64,000 bases of DNA, taken from NCBI GenBank assembly GCA_004764695.1, contig SMSO01000006.1, positions 139,859-203,858 on the forward strand. Reading direction: 5' to 3'. Under the pieces are notes generated by a model. The model saw only the letters and a program-made list of their open reading frames with translations, ran no database searches and was not told the origin of the DNA. The DNA comes from Schizochytrium sp. TIO01 (Eukaryota > Protista > Bigyra: Labyrinthulomycetes). The position numbers and the translations under genes were made by a program. This document shows positions 45,133 through 56,499 of the stretch, in pieces (within the stretch, counting starts at the first letter, position 1; each line of letters starts with the position of its first letter).

Positions 45133-46578
45133 ATGGCGACTCAGCTCATTTGCAAGGCATGCCAGCAAAGCCTATGCGCGTCTTCCGAAAAATCCGAAAC
45201 CAGCGAGAATAACAAAACACTTTGCGTGGTCTGCCTTGGGCTCGCTGCTGAAGACTTTGCAGACACAGCGGCAGAGCAGATTGTCGAGACTCTCAAGTCT
45301 GGCGAGTTCAAAGTCGAAGATAGTGTGGGTGTGGAGATCGTTCTACCCCCATCCCTCCTCCTGTGGAGTGAGCTTTTGAAACTTGCATGCACGGCGCCAT
45401 CATCATCGACTTCCCCTGACACAATTAGTATGGAAGGCAGTTCAAACTTAATTCTAGATAGCAAAGCCTGGGCGCTCTTTGATGTTGGGAGCGTCTTCAA
45501 ATCCAAGGTTCGCAACGCATTGAAGTGCAAGCTAAAGGACAGCGTCAAACTTGACGCGCAAGCCCCAATCTCAGCAACGTTGTCTGTCTTACATCCCGCA
45601 AGTGACACTGCGGCGCGCGACCTCATGCTTCAAGAGAAACTCGTCCAATCACGCAAGCGCAAGCGTGGCGAAGCTGATGTACTTTCGCGCGGACGCATTA
45701 CGGAGCTGGTCGGACGCTTTAGAAAGCATACTGCTGAGAACATCCTGAAACTTATTCCCAGAACATTCGGGGAGGTCTGCGCATTCAAAGTCACACTCTC
45801 ACGTGCCCCAATATATATTCAAGGACGTTACAGAAAGCTCTCACGTGGAGTAAGTCAGACCCCCTGGTTATTGAAACAAGAGCCCGGCCCTTCTGTGGAA
45901 ACCTTGATTGCTCCTTATATTAAAACTCTGGTAGATGCTGAGGAACATAAATTTCACTCGGCTGGGCGGGAGGATATTGATGTACGCATGCTCGGTGATG
46001 GAAGACCATTCGTAGTCCAACTGAATAATGCGAAGCGTTTGCCCACTAAGGAAGAGCTCGAGGTAATTCAAAAGGACAAAATTAATAGTGACCCTGAGGG
46101 CCAAGTTGAAGTTCTCGATCTCGAGCTCACTGATGCAAATTGCATGGAGCGCTTGCGCCAGGGCGCCTTGAGTAAGAAGAAACAATATACATGTGTCATA
46201 TGGACATCCAAAAGTCTTCAACCAAAAGATTTGATGGTGTTAAACTCAGTCAAAGATATGACGGTGGTACAACGCACACCGATCCGTGTTTTGCATCGGC
46301 GCTCCGCTCTGGATCGGGATAAAATGGTTCATTCGTGTGAATGTGAGTACATTAACTCACACTTCTTTATCCTTCGACTTGTAGCTTCGGCAGGTACATA
46401 CATTAAGGAGTTCGTTCACGGAGACTTTGGGCGCACCATGCCTAACGTTGGATCTTTGCTGGGTTGCGAGGCTGACATTCTCCAGCTTGATGTTGAAAAG
46501 CTCATCTACGATCAAGAGGCCACCACAGGCGAAATTACCTCTTCTACTACTAAGACTGCAAAGGATGAGCAAGCTTAA
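45133..46578 (+). CDS. PUS10: tRNA pseudouridine synthase Pus10
   Basis: GRYRKLSRGVSQTPW, catalytic FHSAGREDIDVRMLG, QRTPIRVLHRR and AGTYIKEFVHGDFGRT. N-terminal CxxC...CxxC. Confidence 0.97.
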   Translation: MATQLICKACQQSLCASSEKSETSENNKTLCVVCLGLAAEDFADTAAEQIVETLKSGEFKVEDSVGVEIVLPPSLLLWSELLKLACTAPSSSTSPDTISMEGSSNLILDSKAWALFDVGSVFKSKVRNALKCKLKDSVKLDAQAPISATLSVLHPASDTAARDLMLQEKLVQSRKRKRGEADVLSRGRITELVGRFRKHTAENILKLIPRTFGEVCAFKVTLSRAPIYIQGRYRKLSRGVSQTPWLLKQEPGPSVETLIAPYIKTLVDAEEHKFHSAGREDIDVRMLGDGRPFVVQLNNAKRLPTKEELEVIQKDKINSDPEGQVEVLDLELTDANCMERLRQGALSKKKQYTCVIWTSKSLQPKDLMVLNSVKDMTVVQRTPIRVLHRRSALDRDKMVHSCECEYINSHFFILRLVASAGTYIKEFVHGDFGRTMPNVGSLLGCEADILQLDVEKLIYDQEATTGEITSSTTKTAKDEQA

Positions 46579-47277
46579 GTGCCTCTAATATTTTGGAAAA
46601 AACAGAAATGAACATTGATTTTTTTAAATTTCAGAAAACACATGGAATTAGTTGAATTAGTTGTAGTGGTGTAAGGGATAGTTATAAAAAATTGCTTGTT
46701 TGTTAATATTTTACGGAAACGAAATCATGAAATTTTAAGTACGGTTGCGCAACCCCAAATGCTCAGTCTGTCTACTCACAATCAAGCTACCATGAACACG
46801 ATTGTTTTTCTCAACGGCTGGGGTAATAATAGAATGCAGTACAAGCTTCAAATGTGTATCTAATAGATCATGTACAAAACGAAGAGAAAAAATTATCAAA
46901 TCGCAAATAAGTTTTTTAAAGATTGATACTGGTACCTTTTGATTTCTTTGAATGACCAGCAATTCCATACAAAATTGGGCTAACAAATTAACTAAAGTGT
47001 TAGTAGATTCTCCATTTTACTCGTTTCTATGAAAAGTTAAAAGGGGAAAAAGGGAATTGTTTGGTGTGGTTCATCAGATTGAGCTTATAACCACCCTGGC
47101 TAGCAAAGAAGACGCAGCTTAGATAGATACAGAGTCGAAATTCAGAAGCCTTGTCAGATACGCTATAACACATTGAGAAGGTCCTACCTATGTTGTAGTC
47201 TTAATGCATGTTGTCTGGCACATCCTAAATATGCTGCTAATTGAAACGCCTTTGGAACAGAGCAAGGGTTGATTATT

Positions 47278-49368
47278 TTATTCATCGATCTTGGGTGTCT
47301 TAGGAGCTCGCTCTTCTTTAGCAGGTAGGTTAACAGGAGAGGGCTTACGTTTCTCAGATTTGGGCCCCGTCACCTTGTTTCGCGGTTGCATAGTGTTGGC
47401 TGCTCTTTCTGGCGATGGAGGTGCATTCTTACTGCGTGGCACGAGCGTATTGGGCTCGCTAGAGGTCGGACCAGAAGCTGAGCTATTTGTGAGTTTTGGG
47501 GTGGGCTTCGGAGCTGCATCTTTGCTAAGTGAGGATGAGCTGTTACTGTTGCTACTCTTTGTTTTGGGACGAGGTTTAGCCACAAGGGTATTGACAACTG
47601 GAGCCGCTGATGATGTGTTGTTGTCAATGCTGCTGCTGCTGCTGCTATTAGTAGCTGCAGAAGCTTTATTACGGGGCTTTGCAACAAGAGTATTGACAGG
47701 CGCTGCTGCAGAAAGCGTGGACGAGTTAATGACCGAAGAGTTGGGAGACTTAGAGCGAGGTTTTGGGACCAGTGTATTGACCTGCGCCCCGGCTGATAAT
47801 TCTGAAGAAGTTGAAGACGACGCCAGGCCAGTTTTAGCTTTCTGTGGCGACGATGTTGATCCTGTCCTGGGTGCACGGGAGTTCGGCGAGGAAGAACCTC
47901 GTGGGCGCTTGACCTTACGGCCCAGGTGGTTACTACTTTGAGCTTTGGACAAAGCCTTCAACATGGGTAGCTCCGCATCTGAGTCACTATTTTCCATGTC
48001 TTCTTCGATGTCTTCTTCGATGTCTTCTTCCATATCTTCTTCGTCTTCTTCGATGTCTTCTTCGATGTCTTCTTCGTCCTCCTCTTCTTCATCATCTTCG
48101 TCGTCGTCATCTTCGTCATCTTCGTCATCTTCCTCTTCCTCTTCGTCGTCGTCGTCTTCGTCGTCGTCATCTTCGTCATCCTCGTTTTTGCCCTCTTCGC
48201 CATCTTGTCTCTTATCATTGCGACCCTTGAGCTCTGTCTCATACCTATCCACAAATTGCTGTAACAGTTTGCTCTCTGCTTTCTGGATCGAGTCGCTCAC
48301 GAATCCTGAATTGCGTTCAATTTCCCTCGTGATCTTCTCAAACTCTGAGTCTTGTGATTGCACCATGCGTTTGAAGCTCTGGGTGACCACACCCTCCAAT
48401 TCGTCTCCATCTTGGTGCTCCAGGTCTGCGTTGCGTTCTTCCGAAGATTTTTTCGCTGTCCCCACGTCCATAAACACCTTAATATACTCCCTCCAGCTCC
48501 TGTCGTCCAGCTGCGAATCGTCCACAATGTCTTTTGCGTGGTCCATGCACATCGGACAGAACCACTCCTCCTCCTCGGGGACCTCGTCCATTTCCAAACA
48601 GTCCAAATGATATACACGTGGGCACCCGTCACAGCAAAGCAGGACTCTTTCGGCATCCATTTCCCCGCAGATCGCGCAGATATCTTCGCTTTCGCTTGGC
48701 ACATCGGATGTGGCACGTGACTTGGCAGCGGTGTTCCTGTCAACACGAAGCACAACTACTTCCTCTCCATCGATATTCTGTGCGACAATAAGCTCATCAT
48801 CGCTATGAAATGACTCTTTGAGCACAGCGAGCCTCACTGGGAGGGCCTCTAGAGGCCACTGCAGCTCTCGCAGAGTCTCGTCAGACTCTGCAACGGCACC
48901 CCAATCGCCAAGTCCATGCCTCTCTACGCCTCTTATCAGTGCATTGTCCTGAGCTTGTGAGAACCAAAGCGCCTGTTGGACTCGCTGCTTCCCTGCAGCT
49001 AAAGAAGCCGCCGCCGCCCTCTTAGCGCGCTCATTTTCCTCTGCACTTTTCGTTTTCTGCCGGAAGTGTTCTGCGCTGAAGGTCGGGCACGCCTCGAATT
49101 CAAACCCTACAAGGTGCGCCAGCAATGCCTTACGCTGCTGCGAGGCAGAGTGTGAACCTGAGTGAGAAGCTGACTGTTTTGCTGCTGAGGAAGACGCTCC
49201 AGGAGCTGCTGAGGACGGAGAGGTTGCTGAAGCGGCAGCAGCAAAGGAGGAGGATGGCCTTGCAAAGGCACTACGGACGGAAGCAGGGACTTCTCCTGCA
49301 GGGGGGAGGAAGTCGAGAAGGTCTACTTTCACAGAGACAGCTGTGCCGCCTCCCGACGTAGCCATCAT
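47278..49368 (-). CDS. Chromatin protein: Myb/SANT-like domain, PHD finger, acidic tract, repeated NTLxxK/R motifs
   Basis: FSQAQDNALIRGVERHGLGDWGAV (SANT/Myb-like) and CAICG...LLCCDGCPRVYHLDCL...WFCPMC (C4HC3 PHD). Confidence 0.88.
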   Translation of the reverse strand: MMATSGGGTAVSVKVDLLDFLPPAGEVPASVRSAFARPSSSFAAAASATSPSSAAPGASSSAAKQSASHSGSHSASQQRKALLAHLVGFEFEACPTFSAEHFRQKTKSAEENERAKRAAAASLAAGKQRVQQALWFSQAQDNALIRGVERHGLGDWGAVAESDETLRELQWPLEALPVRLAVLKESFHSDDELIVAQNIDGEEVVVLRVDRNTAAKSRATSDVPSESEDICAICGEMDAERVLLCCDGCPRVYHLDCLEMDEVPEEEEWFCPMCMDHAKDIVDDSQLDDRSWREYIKVFMDVGTAKKSSEERNADLEHQDGDELEGVVTQSFKRMVQSQDSEFEKITREIERNSGFVSDSIQKAESKLLQQFVDRYETELKGRNDKRQDGEEGKNEDDEDDDDEDDDDEEEEEDDEDDEDDDDEDDEEEEDEEDIEEDIEEDEEDMEEDIEEDIEEDMENSDSDAELPMLKALSKAQSSNHLGRKVKRPRGSSSPNSRAPRTGSTSSPQKAKTGLASSSTSSELSAGAQVNTLVPKPRSKSPNSSVINSSTLSAAAPVNTLVAKPRNKASAATNSSSSSSIDNNTSSAAPVVNTLVAKPRPKTKSSNSNSSSSLSKDAAPKPTPKLTNSSASGPTSSEPNTLVPRSKNAPPSPERAANTMQPRNKVTGPKSEKRKPSPVNLPAKEERAPKTPKIDE
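47990..48185 (-). repeat. Coding low-complexity GAA/GAC tract with 12-bp EEDI repeats (poly-Asp/Glu)
   Basis: tcttcttcgatg is repeated on the + strand, encoding about 65 mostly D/E residues. Confidence 0.85.
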
Positions 49369-50524
49369 CTTGACAACCTGCGTTCAAGAATTGGAGCGTG
49401 CCTGCCTGAGTGCCTACTTAAGAGAGTTGTACAAGTGGCGCTGTTAGTTTGGATAATTATCTGGTTGTTTGGAAACCTGGGCGCTCGACCTAACCGGGGT
49501 CAGGGCCGCCTTCTCGCAGTGACGAGCAGGAGTCCAAGATCGAACTCTGCTTGCTCGTGCCTATCGTTTACGGTGGTGTTTACTATCATCATTTGTCAAG
49601 ACTGCTAAAGTATCAGGTAAGTGTACCTAGACAATGGTTTTATATTAATTATAAAAAGCTCTTTTCTTTCCATTCCATATGTATAGAGTAGAGTAGGTAG
49701 TGCCTTTGTTTTCATCACGAGTGTTGCAACGTCACGCGACAAGTACCTCTTTAGGAGGCCATATACGTGGGTCCCGGTAGGATTGCAGTAAACCAGTTTT
49801 ATAGCGCGATTAGCTTTCCATGGTGGTTGTTTTTATTTATTTATTTATTTATTCATTCATAAATTTGAATTGATGAATTTAGCTATCATTTAAGGTTCTC
49901 AGAGGTTGAAGACAGCAGCTAGCAACCATACTGTACAGCACGGCCGAATATAGAAAGAAACAAGTAGGTCCATAAAAGTTTTGATCAATGGATCTTTTGC
50001 CCAACATTTTCTGTTATTTGACTATAATTTGTCAATGTTTCTTGTGACTTTTTACAAGGAAGCGTAGACCTGAATCAAGAGCATTGCTCAACTTCTCTGA
50101 ACCCTTATCTAGAATAATGTTGAGGATAGAAAGCCTGCCTGTTTTGTAATTAAATAATCGTGACCTGCAATATTCTGCAAGAACCGAAGCCTCGCATGTT
50201 TCTGGGCGCATCACTGATTGATTAGAAGAAGCAAATTGGGGATACAGGATTGCCTCTTGAACACTTCCAACTAAACTCCACTAGCTTTAAACCAGCTATC
50301 CCCTCGTTGGTAAAGCCACCTTTCCCACCTCTCTCTACTTCATGATTGAGAGAGAGAAAGAAAAGAGTGCTCAACTGAATTATGAAAGTTGAATCGATGT
50401 TCTTGTTACACTTATTAAGAATAAAACGCTGACAAATTGTCTCGTAATATATGGGCCAGAGCAGTCAATTACAAACATATAATAGTCTTTTTCTAGTAGC
50501 ATGACTTGGCACCCTTACCGCTTC

Positions 50525-51574
50525 TCACGGATGTCCCTTCACTGCAAACGAGTGTTTCAACGCATTCCGATTAAGCATTACGCTTCGCACGGGACGGGTC
50601 TGAGACGCACTTGAGGGACGCCAACTTTCACGCTTTGAAGCTGAGGCCTCGGCCGCACGCCGTCGAGCAGAGCGAGGGCTTGAAGGATATGTTTGGGGCA
50701 TATGTGGGTACGAGCTTCCTACTGCATCATTGCACTTTCCTGGGGGAACGAATGGGTGTGCGCTAGCTGGCCGCTTTACCTTGGGAGGTCGACTGCCATC
50801 GTCAATAGGTCCATGAATGAAAGTCTCATCGTCCCTGCCAAATACGCCAGATATTCCTGGCATTGCTGAACAAAACGGACGCCGGTGATCTTCATGACTA
50901 GGCTTCTTCGAACGGACTGCTGCTGCAGCCGACTTAGGGCGCGAGCGTTCCTCCCGTGGATCACTCGTCAAATAAATTTCAGAAAGCAAGACGCCAGGGG
51001 TTCCATACGACCCTTTCTTCATTGGTTGAGTGACGAAATTACGACGACTTGAGCCTGTCTTAGCACGAATTGCTGCAATTCGGGCTTTATCTGCTTTGAG
51101 CGTCTCCTCTTTTGTTTTACGAATCAACGCTTTGACTTGATCCCGACTCATGCTTGCATCAAGTTCGGAGAATGCAGCAATAAATGAACCCATTTGACTT
51201 GCCGGACCTGCTCCAGCACGGAATGGTGGAATGGGTTTTTCAGAGGAGCTTTGGTTGACCCGCTTCTTTTGAGGTCTGAGTTCGTCTCTTTGATCCCGTG
51301 AACTTTGTCGCGCCTTTGCCTCTGCCTCCGCCTCGGCTTCGCGCATGTGTTCTAAGTAGTCTGTTGGAGGCGGAGCCTTGCCGGCTTTGAAGTTAGGCTT
51401 ATTCTTCGCAAAACTTCTTGAAACCGACACAGGATCGCGGTACGGATCACCAACGCAGATTGGCGTAATTTCGTGAAAAACGCCGTTGCGACCTTTCATT
51501 TGTTCCGATGTAGCCTCTGACTCATCAATAATTTCCTTGCGACGACGCTCCTTGCCAAGCGCGGTCAGATGCAT
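50525..51574 (-). CDS. CFAP96: CFAP96/C4orf47 (UPF0602)-like cilia-associated protein
   Basis: GVFHEITPICVGDPY, RNFVTQPMKKGSYG and C-terminal WRPSS...PVRSVM match motifs I recall for C4orf47. Confidence 0.72.
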   Translation of the reverse strand: MHLTALGKERRRKEIIDESEATSEQMKGRNGVFHEITPICVGDPYRDPVSVSRSFAKNKPNFKAGKAPPPTDYLEHMREAEAEAEAKARQSSRDQRDELRPQKKRVNQSSSEKPIPPFRAGAGPASQMGSFIAAFSELDASMSRDQVKALIRKTKEETLKADKARIAAIRAKTGSSRRNFVTQPMKKGSYGTPGVLLSEIYLTSDPREERSRPKSAAAAVRSKKPSHEDHRRPFCSAMPGISGVFGRDDETFIHGPIDDGSRPPKVKRPASAHPFVPPGKCNDAVGSSYPHMPQTYPSSPRSARRRAAEASASKRESWRPSSASQTRPVRSVMLNRNALKHSFAVKGHP

Positions 51575-52779
51575 GTGGTTTGCTAGTAAGGGAAGTCATT
51601 TTATGACTGCCGCAAAAATATAGCCTTTAGAGGGAGGGGAGTTAAAACAATTGAAAAAAGTTAATACACAGCTGCCAAATTAGAGCACCAAGAAAAATGA
51701 GAGCTCTAGCTACGGACCACCGTCCGAGGGGTCTCTTTGCACCGGTTACGAACGCGGGGCGCGCTGAGAGAATTTAACGCTTAGACTAGTCTTGCTGTTC
51801 GTCAGGTTCGCGCACAAACTATCATTCAGCTAGCACACGTTTCACCTTCACAAAATGTGGTAACCTGTTCGCAAAGTGGCTCAAGCAAGATGTTTGCCTT
51901 GCCGTCCTTTTCGTCTTCCTTGAAAAGCGAATCAGCAACAGAACCAAAGGGTAGGTGGTTTGGTCAGCGTTAGAGAAATTGAAGATGAATCAAACAGGAC
52001 TTTTTAGTGGCCCCAAACCAGTCTTGAAGTAATCGTGGCGCCTGATCCAGCAAGGCCTCCTCGCGGACCGAGCACTCAGATTGAATGCAGCAATGTGAAC
52101 GCTTTGCGTGCTAGAGCTGCAACGACTGCTTTTTAACATCTCTTATATTTTCTGAGTTCTTCCCTTTTTAAAGGGTGTGCAAAGATTCCCAGTAATTAAG
52201 AAGGACATGTGTTTGATGTTCAATATAGGAAAGTTTACCCCTTGGTGAATACACACACTCACTGCCGATTGTTTCTTGTGTTCCCACCTTTCACCTGAAT
52301 CTCGAGGTAGGTACATCTTCTACTGCATATAGAAATGAATCCTTTAGGAATGATCATTAAACTCTCAACCTACTAAGCTTTCGTTAATGAAAATGTCTAA
52401 TAACTTCGATTGACCAAACTGAAGCCATGTATGGAAATAAATGACCCTCAATTTCGAACTCGGTATTTTGCACACCTCAACGGATCCTTTAAAGTCCTTT
52501 TACAAGTGGTACTATTTATTTCTTGAACTGCGTTAATCATGGTGGTTGACCTGAGGCACTCTAACCAAGTGAATCTCCCGCTATCCTATCTTCGATAAGT
52601 ACTGCGGAGGCGGTGCTTCAGGGACTCATGATTATGATTTTATTTTAAAGTTTGTTCGTTGTTTCTCTGCCCGCGTTGCAGGTTCTGAAGTAGCGGTTTC
52701 AAGTAACCATCAAATATAAGTTACTATAAAGGACGTTTCAGATAGCCAGGTGACCAATACTACATACCGTGCCCACTTA

Positions 52780-54000
52780 AGACTAGGTACTTATCACAAA
52801 GCAACCTCAGGATTTTTGTAGTCTGTTACATATGTGTACTTGAATAACCAGTCCAAAGTATTAGGGCCTAATTTGGAAAATCATAGAGAGTGAAAACGTT
52901 AAGTTAAATGTTACCGCTTCAAAGACACTTACATACATCAACTTCATTGTTGACATGCTTTAACCTGAGTCCTTCCCCAAGTAAAAAGATATCTTTCGCT
53001 CTCATTACTAGTAGTAAATAGACAGAGGTTAATCCTGTCGATTCTTCAACTTGGGTAGAGAGCAATCGCTCCATTAGTTTACAGCATGGTTTGACTTTTA
53101 TCCAAAAAGATTCAACGAATAGTCCTAGATTCTTGGTAATGAGAAATTGAAGTTTTTTGGGTATCTACATATCTATTAAACATCTTTGTATGCAAGCGTA
53201 TTTGCATAGAGAACTAAAACGCTGTTACCATTCCCAAGATATTCCAGGTGTTTATTTTCGAGGATGTTGTCAAACTTTTGATTTTTGCCAGATCCCTTTG
53301 ATGAATCAATACGATTAAGTGCGGCTTGATTAAAATATGAATGGAAAACCTTGACATGTATTACCACCACTCTTGCGAGTCACAGGCATCTCCTTAAAAT
53401 AATCAGCTTGGGTAAGAGCTCAAACCAAAACAATCACTCATTGCGTTTCCACCCACGTATGAGAATGACTCCGTCAATGGGAAACCAGTGACTATTCTGG
53501 CTTGAGGTTCTACCAGGCTAAAATTTGCCAAGGCGTTGCCGTTCCTTTATCAAAACACTTATAAGTACTAAAGCAACTAAAGCAAGAGCCTCAAACCATC
53601 TTTTTGGATGGGTTGAGCAGATGTTTTGCACTAGTTGGTATCGATTAACTTAAAACTTGTGACCATTTCTCCTACTTCGTCCCAAAAGTTTTGAGAATAT
53701 GCTCCAAACTTCTTGCTTTCCTTGATTGGTTAACCATTAATGAGGTAATTAAATCTTTAAACCAATATCTCAAAACCAGATAATACTTCTCTATCCAAAA
53801 TGCCTTTCAGTCACTTGTCTAATATCGCGTCATTTGGATTGTCCAAGCGCAGAAACCTGGGTAGGTTTGCCAAGGTTCGCAAATTGCTGAGGATAGTCTG
53901 GTATTAGTTTCTATGCGACTTAAATATACAAATCCTCATCATTGTTAATGTGCAACGCTCTATTGTATATACCTTGTGAGGAGACCCAGTAGCGTAGATT
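52780..54000 (+). pseudogene. Decayed RI-like LRR relic
   Basis: SVTYVYLNNQ (52822-52851), KTLTYINF (52922-52945), LKIISLGKS (about 53392-53418), LTINEVIKSLN (53730-53762). Also a 28/33-nt match to 4165-4197. Confidence 0.5.
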
Positions 54001-55128
54001 TAATTATTTTCAGTGGAAGTCGAGGAGAGTCATCCTTGTTAAAAACAGTAACAAAATTCATAAAGACTTTCAGATTTAAAGCTAAATGTCATCACACGTC
54101 CCACAGTCAAAGCCATTTATCTTATAAAATGCATTTCAAAAAACTCGCTAACACAATGTTTTTGTGAGGAGAAAAATAGTTTTCCCCCATATTTTCGCAG
54201 CTGGCAGATATGCCTTTTGCCTATACCTAGTTATGTATCGAGTTAAAAAATAATTTGCCAGATTTAAAGGGTCTATTTAAAGGCCTAATGGTTGAAAACT
54301 TAGATGCAGAAAACTCACTAATCTCTCATTATGTTTCAGGCTTTTTCTTCTTCTTCTTCTTCTTATATGAATTAATTCACTTTATTTTTAAATCTAAAAA
54401 AGTGTGTTAGAAGGTATTATCTGCCATGATGTTACTAGTAGTTCATATTATACGCAATGCACAGTGTAGAGTTAACTATGTACCCACCTACTGTGCGATC
54501 TTTCAAGAACGAAGGGAACATTAAAGAACGTGGAAGCGCGCTTGGCAACTTCGAGTTGTCAGCCAATGCAAATGCGTGCGTGGTTCAGTATTTGTAGATT
54601 AAAAATTACTTTTGCAAGTAGAAGCCAGGTCGGAAAGTACAGCAGTGGGCAATACGCGACAGACAGTTCTCGCTTGCTTTCAAGCTGCGCACATGCCGCT
54701 AGCTAGATGCAGACTGTGTTGCAGTGGTGGAATGGGTACTGTAGTACTTGTTTCGATGACCAAATTGATACTCATGAGCAGGGCAGTCAGGTTTTATAAA
54801 ATTATTCGAATGCTCATGTTGGGAGTGGTAACTTATTGTCGGCCCTCGCCCGCGTCGTCATCCAGCTTAACTTGAAGACGAACCATCGCCTGTTAGGCAA
54901 ATTGGAGAGTCATGCAGGTGCGGACATAATTCTCTGATACATAGGTTGTATGTATAAGATGTTTGGTTACCCAACTTGAAGGCAAAGGACTGACAAAAGT
55001 GATAGTTATCCCCAACGCGTGCTTAATGTAATACGCAAACAAAGAGCCTTAATTTTTAAAAAAATGTTAAGAGCACTCCTGATTCAGGCTGCAAATAAGC
55101 AAATAACGAAAGCACCTTCTTCTTCAAA

Positions 55129-55132
55129 ACAA

Positions 55133-55170
<38 letters not shown>
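55129..55170 (+). repeat. (CAA/CAG)n trinucleotide repeat ending about 10 nt upstream of the 3-beta-HSD start codon
   Basis: caacaacagcagcagcagcagcaacaacaacagcagcaaca. Confidence 0.85.
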
Positions 55171-55179
55171 CTATCAAGC

Positions 55180-56499
55180 ATGTCCTCTCCACTCAGCTCT
55201 CTCGGGCTTGCTGTCACGACTGGCGTTGCCGCCCTTGCCGTGCCTTCGGAAACCCGCTGGTCTCCTCAATATGCGGCCAAGTTGTGTCTAGGCTTTTTAT
55301 CTTTGTACTTCTTGCTCAAGAAGGAGAAGCTCCCGGCAAAAGCCAACGTGGAGCTAGACCCCACTGCTGTAGAGTCCTGGAAAAAGGTTGATGTTGAGGC
55401 TATTTTAAAGGAGAAGACGCCATGCACAGGCAAGCAGTACCTGGTGGTTGGAGCTGGATTTCTCGGTAAAAGAATTATCCATATGCTTCTCTTGCGAGGT
55501 GAAACTCGCGTGCGGGCAATGGATCTTGACCCACGTGCTTGCGAATGCTTTGGGGATAAGGTCGAGTTTATTCAAGGCAATGTGACCAATGTCACGGACC
55601 TTGAGCATGCGTGCAAAGGCATCGATACAGTTTTTTGTACGTTTGCCGTAATCCGCTTTATGGATGGACTGGCAAACGAAGTATCCCTTTCCTATGACAT
55701 CAATGTCAAGGGTACTGCTCTACTTCTCGAGGCAGCCAAGACGGCGGGGGTGAAGGAGTTCATCCAAACCTCTACATCTAATGTGTGCTTACCTAAGACT
55801 GGCACGAACGGCAAAGTTCTTGATGAAACCTCTCCCTATGTTACACGCGAGACGTCTCCTAACCATTATGGCTGGACTAAGGCTCTTGCAGAGCAGAGTG
55901 TCATTGCAGCTAACTCGGCATCGATGCGGACTGTATCCGTGCGTCCCTGCAGTGGAATCTTCGGCGCTCGTGACAACCTTTCGATGCAGCTTCGCCTCGA
56001 GACAAACAAAGCGGAATACCTCTCCCGAGGCTTCGCTGCCTATATCGACTGGGTCTACGTAGAGAACGTTGCGTACGGTCACCTCTTGGCGGAAGCCGGT
56101 CTTCATAAAGATCATCCCGAGTCTGTGGCAGGAGAAATATTTTGCATCTCCAATTTGGAGCCGCTGCGCACCTTTGACCTCGATATCCTCTTAGGCAAGA
56201 TCAACCCTGCTGGCCTCGTACTGAGCACTACGCCAACTCTTGTAATGTATTTGATTGCTTACATCATTGGTATTCGCAATCGCCTGTATGAACCTAGGAG
56301 TCGCACGAAGCTTGGCCCTATCGATATGCTCACACCGGTAACCATGTCATTTATCAACATTAGCTACGTCTTCTCCAGTGCAAAGGCGCAGAAGGTGCTG
56401 GGTTACAAGCCTCTATATACTGTCCAGGAGGCTATATACAAGTCTGTGGAAGAACACAACCACGATGGCGCCTTGCTTCCTGCTTTGTCTACTCAATAA
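55180..56499 (+). CDS. 3-beta-hydroxysteroid dehydrogenase/NSDHL-ERG26-like extended SDR
   Basis: LVVGAGFLG, INVKGT, IQTSTSNV, catalytic YGWTK, DWVYVENVAYGHLLA, GEIFCISN and AQKVLGYKP. N-terminal hydrophobic segments. Confidence 0.9.
   Translation: MSSPLSSLGLAVTTGVAALAVPSETRWSPQYAAKLCLGFLSLYFLLKKEKLPAKANVELDPTAVESWKKVDVEAILKEKTPCTGKQYLVVGAGFLGKRIIHMLLLRGETRVRAMDLDPRACECFGDKVEFIQGNVTNVTDLEHACKGIDTVFCTFAVIRFMDGLANEVSLSYDINVKGTALLLEAAKTAGVKEFIQTSTSNVCLPKTGTNGKVLDETSPYVTRETSPNHYGWTKALAEQSVIAANSASMRTVSVRPCSGIFGARDNLSMQLRLETNKAEYLSRGFAAYIDWVYVENVAYGHLLAEAGLHKDHPESVAGEIFCISNLEPLRTFDLDILLGKINPAGLVLSTTPTLVMYLIAYIIGIRNRLYEPRSRTKLGPIDMLTPVTMSFINISYVFSSAKAQKVLGYKPLYTVQEAIYKSVEEHNHDGALLPALSTQ

Noticed and set aside
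47291-48610. + strand ORFs of 216 and 221 aa (poly-Leu, poly-Ser)
   Set aside because: Antisense to low-complexity coding tracts of the PHD gene.
51700-52140. GC-richer stretch upstream of the CFAP96-like gene as a possible extra exon
   Set aside because: Only a 49-codon minus-strand ORF without motifs, and no clear splice pair.
55019-55291. Poly-Gln ORF
   Set aside because: GTG start and out of frame with the dehydrogenase; better explained as a 5'UTR microsatellite.
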